DNA of 64,000 nucleotides from Clostridium sp. GTDB lineage: Bacteria > Bacillota > Clostridia > Clostridiales > Clostridiaceae. The notes under the pieces were generated by a model that was not told the origin of the DNA, ran no database searches, and saw only the letters and a list, made by a program, of their open reading frames with translations. Numbering within the stretch: position 1 is the first letter of the stretch; each line of letters begins with the position of its first letter. The stretch is from positions 21,494 to 85,493 of the forward strand of contig NZ_JARHZJ010000004.1 in assembly GCF_029258205.1 (NCBI RefSeq). Direction: 5' to 3'. Below, piece after piece: positions 10,430 through 20,667 of the stretch. Position numbers and translations under genes: made by a program.

Positions 10430-11425
10430 CTATCTTAAAACATCCCTTATTATTCTCTTTGCATTCTTATAATATATTTTTTCTATTTCATCATCTTTAA
10501 AACCTTCTCTTTCCAAAGCACTTAATAATAAGCCCATATTACTTGAATCTTTAATTTCAACTTCATTTTCTATACCATCAAAATCAGATCCTAAGGAAAT
10601 AACATCTATTCCCCCAATATTTTTTATATGTTTTATATGTCTAACCATATTTCTTATAGAAGCTAAATTTGAATCCTCTTCCCACTCCTCTTTTAAGAAA
10701 GTATTACAAAAATTTATTCCTGTTACTCCTCCATTATTAGCTAGCTCCTTAATCATATGATCAGTTAAATTTCTACTATGATTAGTCTGTATTCTACTAT
10801 TAGAATGAGATGCTATAATTGGACTCTTTGAATATTTTATTACATCATAAAACCCTCCATCAGAAATATGAGAAACATCTATTAACATTCCTAGATTATT
10901 CATTTCTTCAACAACTTCTATACCTTTTTTAGTAAGACCTCTGTCCTTATATTTAAACTCATAATTTGGATATCCTAAGTCATTTATATAATTCCAAGTT
11001 AAAGTTATTAAAGAGACTCCTTCCTCTTTAAACTCTCTTAACTTTTCAATATCACCATTAATAGCATCTCCCTCTTCAATAGTTAGAAAGGCTCCTATTT
11101 TATTCTCTTTTTCTGCATTTTCTAGATCACTTATATTTCTACATAAAACTATATATCTTGAATTCTCATTTATTTCTCTTTTAAAATTCTGTAGCATTTC
11201 TTTGCAATAAGAATAAGTATTATAATTACATTCCTTATTTATAAACAAAGCGAAAAATTGAGCTAAATTCTCCCCTTCTCTTAATTTATTTATATCAACT
11301 TTCAAATCATTTTTAAAAAGCTTTTTATTTTCTTGAAGCATAAGTGATGCTGTATCACAATGAAAATCTATAAATTTCATAAAAATCTTCATAGGTAAAT
11401 TCCTATGAAAGTTCACCTCTTTCAT
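10430..11425 (-). CDS. Membrane dipeptidase family protein (peptidase M19)
   Basis: FIDFHCDT N-terminal His/Asp motif, DVSH, and a GxDFDG-like SDFDG. The true start may be an internal Met (M12 or M16); no clear SD for any of them. Confidence 0.82.
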   Translation of the reverse strand: MKEVNFHRNLPMKIFMKFIDFHCDTASLMLQENKKLFKNDLKVDINKLREGENLAQFFALFINKECNYNTYSYCKEMLQNFKREINENSRYIVLCRNISDLENAEKENKIGAFLTIEEGDAINGDIEKLREFKEEGVSLITLTWNYINDLGYPNYEFKYKDRGLTKKGIEVVEEMNNLGMLIDVSHISDGGFYDVIKYSKSPIIASHSNSRIQTNHSRNLTDHMIKELANNGGVTGINFCNTFLKEEWEEDSNLASIRNMVRHIKHIKNIGGIDVISLGSDFDGIENEVEIKDSSNMGLLLSALEREGFKDDEIEKIYYKNAKRIIRDVLR

Positions 11426-11507
11426 CTAATAATATGAATATTTTCACAATATAAACTATATCAAAAATTTTTCTCTTTTTAAATTATTCTCTTGTAATAC
11501 TATTATT

Positions 11508-11550
11508 ATCAAAAAATTAAAGCCATGTTACAAATTTAAATTGTAACATG
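11508..11550 (-). terminator. Rho-independent terminator of glyA
   Basis: CATGTTACAA (11524..11533) pairs with TTGTAACATG (11541..11550). A U-run follows on the minus strand. Confidence 0.7.
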
Positions 11551-11620
11551 ACTTTAATTTTTTATTCAGTGTTTTTTAATTTAGATCTGATAATCTTCCA
11601 TAAAAACTATTTTACAATTA

Positions 11621-12853
11621 TTAATATAAAGGATATTTAGCACATAAAGCCTTAACTCTTGCTTTTAATGGCTCTAAATCTCCATCTTTTTCTTTAATAG
11701 CATCATTTATTATAGAAGCTATTTCTTTCATTTCTTCTTCTTTAAATCCTCTAGTTGTTATAGCTGGAGTTCCTATTCTAACACCACTAGTAACAAATGG
11801 ACTTTTTGTTTCATTTGGTACAGTATTTTTATTTAAAGTTATTCCTATACTATCTAAAAGGATTTCTGCATCCTTACCAGTTATATCTTTATTAGTTAAA
11901 TCAACAAGTATTAAATGGTTATCAGTTCCATTGGAAACTAATTTAAATCCATAAGATTCTAAAGTTTTCGCTAAAACCTGTGCATTCTTAACAACTTGCT
12001 CCATATATGTTTTAAAACTTGGTTCTAATGCTTCCTTAAAACAAACAGCCTTTGCAGCTATTATATGCATTAAAGGACCACCTTGTATTCCTGGGAAGAT
12101 ATTCTTATCTAATACTTTCGCAAATTTTTCTTTACAAAGTATTAATCCTCCTCTTGGTCCTCTTAAAGTTTTATGAGTTGTTGATGTAACAAAGTCAGCA
12201 TAAGGAACTGGTGATGGATGTAAGCCTGTAGCTACGAGTCCTGCAATATGAGCTATATCAACCATTAAGTATGCTCCTATCTCGTCTGCTATCTCTCTTA
12301 AAGTTTTAAAATCTATAATCCTTGAATATGCACTAGCTCCTGCAACTATTAACTTAGGCTTATGCTTAATAGCTAGTTCTCTTACAGTTTCATAATTTAT
12401 TGTTTCTGTCTCTTTATCTAAACCATATGACACGAAATTAAATAATCTACCTGAGAAGTTAACTGGTGAACCATGTGTTAAGTGTCCTCCATGACTTAAA
12501 TCCATTCCTAATACAGTATCACCTGGCTCTAATATTGAAAAATAAACAGCCATATTAGCTTGTGATCCTGAATGTGGTTGTACATTAGCATGCTCAGCCC
12601 CAAATAATTTTTTCACTCTTTCTCTTGCTAAATCTTCAACCTCATCTACTACGTGACATCCACCATAATATCTTTTTGAAGGATAACCCTCAGCATATTT
12701 ATTTGTCAAATATGATCCCATAGCTTCCATAACAGCTTTACTAACAAAGTTTTCTGAAGCTATAAGCTCTATACTATTTTCTTGTCTTTCCTTTTCCTTT
12801 TGAATAAGATTTGCAATTTGCTTATCTTCTTTTTCTAAGTTTTCAAAATTCAT
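11621..12853 (-). CDS. glyA: Serine hydroxymethyltransferase
   Basis: 410 aa with the PLP-lysine motif [12 protein letters not shown]. Confidence 0.97.
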   Translation of the reverse strand: MNFENLEKEDKQIANLIQKEKERQENSIELIASENFVSKAVMEAMGSYLTNKYAEGYPSKRYYGGCHVVDEVEDLARERVKKLFGAEHANVQPHSGSQANMAVYFSILEPGDTVLGMDLSHGGHLTHGSPVNFSGRLFNFVSYGLDKETETINYETVRELAIKHKPKLIVAGASAYSRIIDFKTLREIADEIGAYLMVDIAHIAGLVATGLHPSPVPYADFVTSTTHKTLRGPRGGLILCKEKFAKVLDKNIFPGIQGGPLMHIIAAKAVCFKEALEPSFKTYMEQVVKNAQVLAKTLESYGFKLVSNGTDNHLILVDLTNKDITGKDAEILLDSIGITLNKNTVPNETKSPFVTSGVRIGTPAITTRGFKEEEMKEIASIINDAIKEKDGDLEPLKARVKALCAKYPLY

Positions 12854-13033
12854 TTTTCTTCACCCCAAACATAAAGTGTATATTACTAATTATAAATTTA
12901 TTAATTATTTTTATCAATATAAAATAATTTGTTTATATTTTTATTAAACTAATATGAGTTTGTATAGCTTATTTTAACTTTTCATATGTTATAATTACTA
13001 TATTGGTTATAAATTTACATAGGGGCGAATAAT

Positions 13034-13804
13034 ATGGATTTTGATAAAGTATTACACATTGCAACTTTTGCAGGTAGAATAATACTAGAAAGTGGTGGGG
13101 AAACTTACAGAGTTGAGGAGACTATTTGTAGAATCTGTGCTGCTTATGGTATTAGATATGCTGAAAGTTTTGTTACTCCAACTGGAATTATGGTTTCTGT
13201 TTATGATGACAATAATTACACAACTACCTTAGTAAAAAGAGTTACTAATAGAACTGTTGATTTACAGAAAATTCACTTAGTTAATGAACTTTCAAGAAAA
13301 CTTTATACTGAAAAATATTCTCTTGATGAGGTTTTAGAAAAATTAATAGATATAAATGAAAATTGTCCTAAATATGATTTTAAAACAAATCTAATATTTT
13401 CAGCTATAGTTGCTGCTGGATTTACCACTATATTAGGTGGTACTGTAGAAGACTGCGTAGTATCATTTTTCGTTGGAATGTTTGTAAAATTAACTACCTT
13501 TAAGGCTAGTGAATTAGGAATAAACACCTTTTTTATAAATACTTTAGGAGGAGCAATAGCTGCTCTTTTATCATTAACAGCCTATAACTTAGGAATTGGA
13601 AGCAATCTAGATACAATGATAATAGGTAGTATAATGCTATTAGTTCCTGGTTTATCTATTACAAATGCTATTAGAGATACAATTGCTGGCGATTTAATAT
13701 CTGGTCTTATACGAGCTGCTGAAGCCTTCTTAGTAGCTATCTCTATAGCTGTTGGAACTGGTATGGTTATGAGTATTTGGATTTACTTTGGAGGTGGTAT
13801 ATAA
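13034..13804 (+). CDS. Threonine/serine exporter family protein (ThrE/YjjP-like, large subunit)
   Basis: 256-aa ORF: soluble N-terminal part (GGETYRVEE) followed by multiple TM helices. Adjacent to its small partner gene. Confidence 0.75.
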   Translation: MDFDKVLHIATFAGRIILESGGETYRVEETICRICAAYGIRYAESFVTPTGIMVSVYDDNNYTTTLVKRVTNRTVDLQKIHLVNELSRKLYTEKYSLDEVLEKLIDINENCPKYDFKTNLIFSAIVAAGFTTILGGTVEDCVVSFFVGMFVKLTTFKASELGINTFFINTLGGAIAALLSLTAYNLGIGSNLDTMIIGSIMLLVPGLSITNAIRDTIAGDLISGLIRAAEAFLVAISIAVGTGMVMSIWIYFGGGI

Positions 13805-14326
13805 TTGGTTTTAATTAAAGAAGTTCTAGCTACCTTCATAGCCACTATAGCTTTTGGAGTATTATTTAATATTCATGGAAAGAATTTATTCTTTGCTGGA
13901 ATAGGTGGCGCCTTAGGATGGCTAGTTTATAAAATAGGACTATATTGTGGACTAAGTGTCATATTATCAATGTTCTTTTCAGCAATTGCCTTTAGTGCTT
14001 ATTCAGAAATATATGCAAGGATTTTAAAAACTCCAGTAACAACAATAGTTATTTGTGCCTTGATACCTTTAGTTCCTGGAAGCGGTATGTATAATACAAT
14101 GTACGAGGCTATTCAAGGTGATGCTATGTCAACTTGGAATCAAGCCATAATGACAATATCATCTTCAGGAGCATTAGCTTTAGGAGTTTTATTTGTATCC
14201 ACAATTACTCGTTTAATAAACAATAGAAAAAAACAATATACTCATGAATCATTAAATCCTAAAAACATCCTATTATTAAAAAAATTTAAAAATAAAAGTA
14301 ACGTAGATTTTCATACAAAAAAATAG
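13805..14326 (+). CDS. Threonine/serine exporter family protein (YjjB-like, small subunit)
   Basis: Hydrophobic 173-aa ORF. TTG start sits immediately after the upstream stop, suggesting translational coupling. Confidence 0.7.
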   Translation: MVLIKEVLATFIATIAFGVLFNIHGKNLFFAGIGGALGWLVYKIGLYCGLSVILSMFFSAIAFSAYSEIYARILKTPVTTIVICALIPLVPGSGMYNTMYEAIQGDAMSTWNQAIMTISSSGALALGVLFVSTITRLINNRKKQYTHESLNPKNILLLKKFKNKSNVDFHTKK

Positions 14327-14343
14327 ACCACATTTGTGGTCTA
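14324..14343. terminator. Compact bidirectional hairpin between convergent genes
   Basis: TAGACCACATTTGTGGTCTA, flanked by an A-run and a T-run. It abuts both stop codons. Confidence 0.6.
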
Positions 14344-14616
14344 TTATTTTACAAAACTATTTAGTGTTTTTATTAATTGTTCTAAACCTGCTAATTCTTC
14401 TTTATTCTCTTCTCCTATGCCCATACAATTTCTAGCATAGTTTTCTATAATAAGTACTCCAACTTTGTTTATAGCAGCTCTTATGGCAGATATTTGAGTT
14501 AATACATCTCTACAACAAACATCCTTATCTACCATTCCTTGAATTCCTTTTACTTGACCCTCTATTTTTCTTAATCTTACAAGTATATCTTTTCTTAAAG
14601 CTTCATTATCATTCAA
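14344..14616 (-). CDS. CsoR/RcnR/FrmR-family (DUF156) transcriptional repressor
   Basis: 90 aa with LRKIEGQVKGIQGMV and Cys34/Cys35 .. Tyr60 .. Cys64 at the family ligand positions. Confidence 0.85.
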   Translation of the reverse strand: MNDNEALRKDILVRLRKIEGQVKGIQGMVDKDVCCRDVLTQISAIRAAINKVGVLIIENYARNCMGIGEENKEELAGLEQLIKTLNSFVK

Positions 14617-14824
14617 AATTTACACCTCATACCATTATTGTAATCTAATACATACTATATTTTTAATTTATATTATTTCATATTAATTATTTAATATACC
14701 TTAATTCTTTATTCAAAGTCAATAAAAGTAGCAATCTATAATTAAGATTTAATTTTTAATTGGTAAATTAATAAAAACTCTTAATTTATAAAGTATATTT
14801 TTTACTTACCACCTATATAAACTG

Positions 14825-14860
14825 ACTAAAATTAGCGTGAGTAAAAAAACCCACGCTAAT
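14825..14860 (-). terminator. Probable terminator of aspS
   Basis: ATTAGCGTG (14831..14839) pairs with CACGCTAAT (14852..14860). UUUAGU follows on the minus strand. Confidence 0.5.
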
Positions 14861-14899
14861 TAAGTTTACTTTAGTATATCAATTTAGATTGCTCAAAAA

Positions 14900-16693
14900 T
14901 TACTCTGCCGTATCTTCTTTCTTTATTGTTTCAATTCCTAATTCTTTTAATTGTCCTTCATCTACTATATTAGGTGCTTCAGTTAAATAACAAAATGCAT
15001 TTTGGTTTTTAGGGAATGTTATAACGTCCTTAATATTTTCAGTTCCTGCTAAGAACATTATCATTCTATCTAAACCGAAAGCTAATCCACCGTGTGGTGG
15101 TGGTCCAAATTTAAATGCTTCTAATAAAAATCCAAATCTTTCCCAAGCTGATTCTTGAGTAAATCCTAATACTTCAAACATTTTTTCTTGAAGTTTAGTA
15201 TCATGTATTCTTATAGATCCTCCACCTAATTCTTCTCCATTTAATACTAAGTCATAAGCCTTAGCTCTAACCCTTCCTGGATCAGTATCTAAGTATTGTA
15301 TATCCTCATCCATTGGCATTGTAAATGGATGATGAGCTGCAAAATATCTTCCTTCTTCTTCATCATACTCAAGAAGATCAAACTCTGTTATCCATGTAAA
15401 GTTAAACTCATTCTTATCTTTAACTAAATCGAATTTTCTTGAAAGCTCTAATCTTAATTCTCCTAAAGCTTTTAAAACTACTGAATTTTTATCAGCAACT
15501 ATAAGAATTAAATCTCCTGTTTTAGCTCCCATAGTTTCAATTATTTTGTTTAACTCTTCTTCTTGGAAGAATTTAGCTATTGGTGATTTAACACCTTCTT
15601 CTTTTAATTGAATCCATGCTAAACCTTTAGCTTTGAAAGTTTTAACGAACTCTCCTAATCTATCAATATCTTTTCTTCCCATAGAAGCTCCGCCTTCTAA
15701 GCATAAACCTCTAACAGAACCTCCATTAGCTACAGCATCTGTGAATACTTTAAATCCACATTCTTTAACAACATCGCTTAAGTTTTTGATTTCCATTCCA
15801 AATCTTAAATCAGGTTTATCTGAACCGTATTTTTCCATAGCATCTTTAAATGTCATTCTCTTTATTGGAGTTTTTACATCTACTCCTAAAACTTCTTTAA
15901 ATACATGCTTTATTAAACCTTCATTTAAAGCCATAATGTCATCTTGCTCAACAAATGACATTTCTAAGTCAACTTGAGTAAACTCTGGTTGTCTATTAGC
16001 TCTTAAATCTTCATCTCTGAAACACTTAACTATTTGGAAGTATCTATCAAAACCTGATACCATTAATAATTGTTTAAACAATTGTGGTGATTGAGGTAAT
16101 GCATAGAACATTCCTGGATAGTTTCTTGATGGAACAAGATAGTCTCTAGCTCCTTCTGGAGTTGATTTTGTAAGTATTGGTGTTTCCATTTCTAAGAAAC
16201 CATTTTGATCTAAATAATCTCTTATTGCTTTAGTTGTCTTATGTCTTATTTTGAAGATATTTTGCATATCTGGTCTTCTTAAATCTAAGTATCTATACTT
16301 TAATCTAATACTTTCAGCAGCATCTAAATCTTCTTTTATATATATTGGAGGAGTATCTGATTCAGATAAAATCTTTAATTCCTCAGCTTTTAACTCAACC
16401 ATACCTGTTGGCATGTTTGGATTTACTGATTCTCTCTTAACTATTTCACCTGTTACAGCAATACAATATTCAGGTCTTATTGATTTTGCTTTTTCTAGGA
16501 TTTCTTCTCCTAAATCATCATTAAATACAACCTGTAAAATTCCTTCTCTATCTCTTAAGTCTATAAATTGAAGACCTCCAAGATTTCTATTTCTTTGAAC
16601 CCAACCCATTACGGTTACTTTTTGTCCAATATGGCTTTCTCTAGCGTCTCCACACATTATATTACGCTTTAATCCATTTAAAGCTTCACCCAT
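14900..16693 (-). CDS. aspS: Aspartate--tRNA ligase (class II)
   Basis: 597 aa with FRDEDLRANRQPEFTQVD (motif 2) and GGLAFGLDR (motif 3). Confidence 0.97.
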   Translation of the reverse strand: MGEALNGLKRNIMCGDARESHIGQKVTVMGWVQRNRNLGGLQFIDLRDREGILQVVFNDDLGEEILEKAKSIRPEYCIAVTGEIVKRESVNPNMPTGMVELKAEELKILSESDTPPIYIKEDLDAAESIRLKYRYLDLRRPDMQNIFKIRHKTTKAIRDYLDQNGFLEMETPILTKSTPEGARDYLVPSRNYPGMFYALPQSPQLFKQLLMVSGFDRYFQIVKCFRDEDLRANRQPEFTQVDLEMSFVEQDDIMALNEGLIKHVFKEVLGVDVKTPIKRMTFKDAMEKYGSDKPDLRFGMEIKNLSDVVKECGFKVFTDAVANGGSVRGLCLEGGASMGRKDIDRLGEFVKTFKAKGLAWIQLKEEGVKSPIAKFFQEEELNKIIETMGAKTGDLILIVADKNSVVLKALGELRLELSRKFDLVKDKNEFNFTWITEFDLLEYDEEEGRYFAAHHPFTMPMDEDIQYLDTDPGRVRAKAYDLVLNGEELGGGSIRIHDTKLQEKMFEVLGFTQESAWERFGFLLEAFKFGPPPHGGLAFGLDRMIMFLAGTENIKDVITFPKNQNAFCYLTEAPNIVDEGQLKELGIETIKKEDTAE

Positions 16694-16713
16694 TTTAATT
16701 CTCCTCCTATCTA

Positions 16714-17961
16714 CTACTTAACTATATTTACTATTTCATTTATATCTAAGCTGACTTCGAATTGTTCTCCATCGCTCATTCTCTTAATTTTAATTTTGTT
16801 TTCTTCTATTTCAGAATCACCTATAACAAAAGTATATTTAGCTCCTATTTTATTAGCATACTTCATTTGAGCCTTAACACTCTTTCCTAAATGATCTATT
16901 TCAGCCTTAATACCAACTTTCCTAAGATTAAATGCTAATTTCATAGCTTCAAGCTTAGCCTTATCTCCCATTGAGCCAATATAAACTTCACATCTAACAG
17001 GTTCAGGAATTTCTATTCCTTCTTCATCTAGGATTAAAAGAAGTCTTTCAAGACCTAATCCAAATCCCATAGCTGGAGTTTTCGGCCCATCTACTTCTTC
17101 TACTAGATAGTCATATCTTCCTCCGCCACATACTGTTAATCCATCTTTTATAACCTCAAAAACAGTTTTACTATAATAATCTAATCCTCTTACTATTTGT
17201 GGATCTATGTTGTATTCTATTCCCATAACATCTAAGTAAGCTTTTAACTTGCTAAAGTGATCACTACACTCTTCACAGATATAATCTAGTATTGAAGGAG
17301 CTTCCTTAACTATTTCCTTACATCTCTTTTCTTTACAATCTATTATTCTCATAGGATTTTTTTCAAATCTTGTTTTACAAGTTTCACAAAGATTATCATA
17401 GTTCTCTTTTAAGTATTGTTTTAAAGCTTCATTGAATTTTGCTCTACATTTTGGACATCCTAAACTGTTTATATTTAAACTTAATCCTTTTATTCCAAAA
17501 TCCTCTGTTAATGCTCTCATAACTAAAGATAAGATTTCTGCATCAATAGAAGCTTCTTGTGAACCAAAAACTTCTATTCCATATTGATGGAATTCTCTTA
17601 ATCTTCCTTTTTGCATTTTTTCATATCTAAAGCATGGAGTAAAATAGAACATTTTTGTTGGCTGAGCATCAGCATATAAACTATTTTCAATAAATGCTCT
17701 AACAGCTGGAGCTGTCCCCTCTGGTTTAAGAGTTATACTTCTTCCACCTTTGTCTTCAAAAGTGTACATTTCCTTTTGAACCACATCAGTAGTTTCTCCA
17801 ACTCCTCTTTTGAAAAGTTCAGTTGCCTCAAACATAGGAGTTCTAATCTCTCTAATTCCATATTCAGCTGATATTTTTCTTAACTTGTCTTCTATATAAT
17901 TCCATTTATAAGCGTCGTTAGGTATCATATCTTTTGTACCCTTTTGAGCTTGTATCGCCAT
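16714..17961 (-). CDS. hisS: Histidine--tRNA ligase (class II)
   Basis: Start set to ATG 17961 ([11 protein letters not shown]), 8 nt after AGGAGG. Typical HisRS motifs ([22 protein letters not shown]). Confidence 0.96.
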   Translation of the reverse strand: MAIQAQKGTKDMIPNDAYKWNYIEDKLRKISAEYGIREIRTPMFEATELFKRGVGETTDVVQKEMYTFEDKGGRSITLKPEGTAPAVRAFIENSLYADAQPTKMFYFTPCFRYEKMQKGRLREFHQYGIEVFGSQEASIDAEILSLVMRALTEDFGIKGLSLNINSLGCPKCRAKFNEALKQYLKENYDNLCETCKTRFEKNPMRIIDCKEKRCKEIVKEAPSILDYICEECSDHFSKLKAYLDVMGIEYNIDPQIVRGLDYYSKTVFEVIKDGLTVCGGGRYDYLVEEVDGPKTPAMGFGLGLERLLLILDEEGIEIPEPVRCEVYIGSMGDKAKLEAMKLAFNLRKVGIKAEIDHLGKSVKAQMKYANKIGAKYTFVIGDSEIEENKIKIKRMSDGEQFEVSLDINEIVNIVK

Positions 17962-17990
17962 AAACAAATCCTCCTACATAATATTATTTT

Positions 17991-19433
17991 TTATTTATAT
18001 AAAGTATCAAGCAATTCTTTCTTACCTTCAACCATTTCCTCTATTCTTTTTACATATTCCTTTACGTCTTTAACATTTGCAAATCTTTCTATACGATTTT
18101 TATCTTCCTCTAAAAATACTACTTTAGAAACTGCATCTGCTCCTAATGCAATTATAGTCTGCTTATCTTCAATCATTTGAATATTGTAGATACATTCCTT
18201 ATTAGCTTTTGAATATCCTACATTCTCCATATTACCAACCATATTTTTTTGTCTATACATATAATATGGATGCATATTTAGTTCTCTTCCTAAAACTTTG
18301 CTCATTTCATACATATTATTAAGATTTTTTTGCTTTGCAATAGTTATAGTATTATTTAGAACTAAATTTTCATGAAGTCTTGATGCTCTTTTAATAGACA
18401 TACCATGAATAGTTAAACTATCTGGATTAAGCTCCTTTATCATTTTGCATGTTTTAGAAACCTCAGAAATATCTTCATTTGGAAGACCTATGATAATATC
18501 CATATTTATGTTATCAAAGTCTAAGCTTCTTGCCAAATTGAATTTATCCACTACATCACCTGTTAAATGCCCTCTACCTATTGATTTCAAGGTTTTATCA
18601 TTCATACTTTGAGGATTTATAGATATTCTAGATACTTCATATCTTTTCATAGTTTTTAATTTTTCTTCAGTTATAGAATCAGGTCTTCCACATTCAACAG
18701 TGAACTCCTTTATTCCTTTATTATTAACGAAACTCTCATATATATGTTTCATTAATACTTCAAACTGTTCATTATTTACTGATGTTGGAGTACCTCCACC
18801 AAAATAAACAGTTTCTATCTTCAAGCCTTTGTTCGATACATAATCGCTTATAGATGAAATTTCTTTACTTAAAGCTTCTAAATATGGTTCCACATCTTTC
18901 TTGCATCCAGCAATAGGATTTGCTGCAAAGGAACAATAAAGGCATCTAGTAGGACAAAAAGGCATACCAACATATATACTTACATTTTTTTCCTCTTTAT
19001 TTACAAAGCTTTCTTCTCTTTCTGCAACTTCTATGCAAAGTTTAGCTTTTTCTTCACTAGCCATATAATAATCTTCAAAATATTTTATTATTTCTTCATC
19101 AGACTTTCCTTCTCTTATTAGGGATAAAGCTATTTTACTTGGTCTTATTCCAACTAATGTTCCCCAAGGATATTCATCCTTAAGAGTTTCAGATAAAAAT
19201 TTGAATATTCCTTTTTTAAGTTCAGTTTTTAATCCGTATCCTTCTTTGAACTCATAATAAAAACTATTGTCTCCATCTGAAATTTCCACCATATTTTCAG
19301 ATATAAATACCCCGTAATCTCTCTTTTCTTCTTCCTCTACAAACTTTAATTCATTAAAAGTATAAAATATATTAAACATTTGATAAACATCATATCTATA
19401 CTTTAAGTCATTAAGATATATTTTAATATACAT
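17991..19433 (-). CDS. Radical SAM protein, oxygen-independent coproporphyrinogen III oxidase-like (HemZ/HemN family)
   Basis: CPTRCLYCSF (CxxxCxxC) cluster motif, GGGTPT, 480 aa. Confidence 0.85.
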   Translation of the reverse strand: MYIKIYLNDLKYRYDVYQMFNIFYTFNELKFVEEEEKRDYGVFISENMVEISDGDNSFYYEFKEGYGLKTELKKGIFKFLSETLKDEYPWGTLVGIRPSKIALSLIREGKSDEEIIKYFEDYYMASEEKAKLCIEVAEREESFVNKEEKNVSIYVGMPFCPTRCLYCSFAANPIAGCKKDVEPYLEALSKEISSISDYVSNKGLKIETVYFGGGTPTSVNNEQFEVLMKHIYESFVNNKGIKEFTVECGRPDSITEEKLKTMKRYEVSRISINPQSMNDKTLKSIGRGHLTGDVVDKFNLARSLDFDNINMDIIIGLPNEDISEVSKTCKMIKELNPDSLTIHGMSIKRASRLHENLVLNNTITIAKQKNLNNMYEMSKVLGRELNMHPYYMYRQKNMVGNMENVGYSKANKECIYNIQMIEDKQTIIALGADAVSKVVFLEEDKNRIERFANVKDVKEYVKRIEEMVEGKKELLDTLYK

Positions 19434-20043
19434 AAAAATCTCCTGCTAAAAATGGGTTTCTTTGTCTTTCGTGTTTAATAGTTGAACTTGGTCCGTGTCC
19501 TGGATATACTGCTATGTCATCACCTAATGGTATCAATTTGTCATTTATACTCTTAAGAAGAGTTGCTTGATTACCACCTTCAAAATCACTTCTTCCAATG
19601 GATTCTCTAAATAAAGTATCTCCTGTAAAAAGACAGTTGTCTATTAATAAACACACTCCTCCTGGAGTATGTCCCGGTGTTTCTAAGCATTTTATTTCAT
19701 AATTATCGGATAATTTAAGAGTATTTCCATCTTTTAAATATCCATCAGCCTTTGGAAGATTTCCAAAAACATCAACATTTCTTTCTATCATATCTTCATC
19801 TTTTTTATCTATATAAAAAGGTATTTTATATTTTTCTACAAGTTTTTGTACAGCTCCAACATGATCAAAATGTCCATGAGTTAATAATATCATTCTTGGT
19901 TTTGCATCTAAATATTCTATTACGCTTTCAATTCTTGATGCTTCTTCACCAGGATCTACTATTATACAATCCTTAGTTTCTTCATCTATAACAACATAAC
20001 AATTAGCTTGATACATTCCTACTGGAATTGTTTTTATTAACAT
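19423..20043 (-). CDS. MBL-fold metallo-hydrolase (glyoxalase II-like)
   Basis: THGHFDH (HxHxDH) motif. Overlaps the downstream gene by 11 nt. Confidence 0.9.
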   Translation of the reverse strand: MLIKTIPVGMYQANCYVVIDEETKDCIIVDPGEEASRIESVIEYLDAKPRMILLTHGHFDHVGAVQKLVEKYKIPFYIDKKDEDMIERNVDVFGNLPKADGYLKDGNTLKLSDNYEIKCLETPGHTPGGVCLLIDNCLFTGDTLFRESIGRSDFEGGNQATLLKSINDKLIPLGDDIAVYPGHGPSSTIKHERQRNPFLAGDFYVY

Positions 20044-20202
20044 ATCAATCCCTCCTAAAAAATAAAGTTTAATTTATATTTTTAACCGAATTTATAGGAG
20101 TCTAACTTGTTAAGCTAAACTCCTATAAAAACTTTCAATGTTTAACTTTTCTTAAATCCTATATTTATTATAATGCTTTATACATAAAATAGTAATATTT
20201 GT

Positions 20203-20652
20203 TTAGAAATTCTTTTTGCTATCTAGCATTAAAGTTACAGGACCATCATTTTCTATATCAACTATCATATGAGTACCAAACACTCCAGTTTCAACCTTTA
20301 TTCCCTCTTCTCTGCACATCATTACAAACTCATCAAAAAGTTTCTTAGCCTCATCACCTCCAAGAGCATTCATAAAGTTTGGTCTTCTTCCCTTCCTACA
20401 GTCTCCATAAAGAGTAAATTGTGATATAAGGAGTAGTTCTCCTCTAACATCCTTTAAGGATAAATTCATTTTATCCTCTTCATCTTCAAAAACTCTTAAG
20501 TTTAAAACTTTATCTTTCATATATTTTAAGTCTTCAACAGTATCTTCTTTACCAATTCCAACCAATACATTAAAGCCTTTATTTATAATTCCAACTATCT
20601 CATTATCTACTTTAACAGAAGATTTATTTACTCTTTGAACTACGACTCTCAC
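20203..20652 (-). CDS. dtd: D-aminoacyl-tRNA deacylase
   Basis: 149 aa, MRVVVQRV .. SQFTLYGD .. GPVT motifs. Confidence 0.95.
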   Translation of the reverse strand: MRVVVQRVNKSSVKVDNEIVGIINKGFNVLVGIGKEDTVEDLKYMKDKVLNLRVFEDEEDKMNLSLKDVRGELLLISQFTLYGDCRKGRRPNFMNALGGDEAKKLFDEFVMMCREEGIKVETGVFGTHMIVDIENDGPVTLMLDSKKNF

Positions 20653-20667
20653 TGTTATTCTCTCCTT

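Noticed and set aside
20091-20129. 11-bp hairpin TTTATAGGAGT/ACTCCTATAAA between dtd and the MBL hydrolase gene, considered as a terminator.
   Set aside because: No U tract follows it on either strand. It may be a processing or stability element, but it does not meet intrinsic-terminator criteria.
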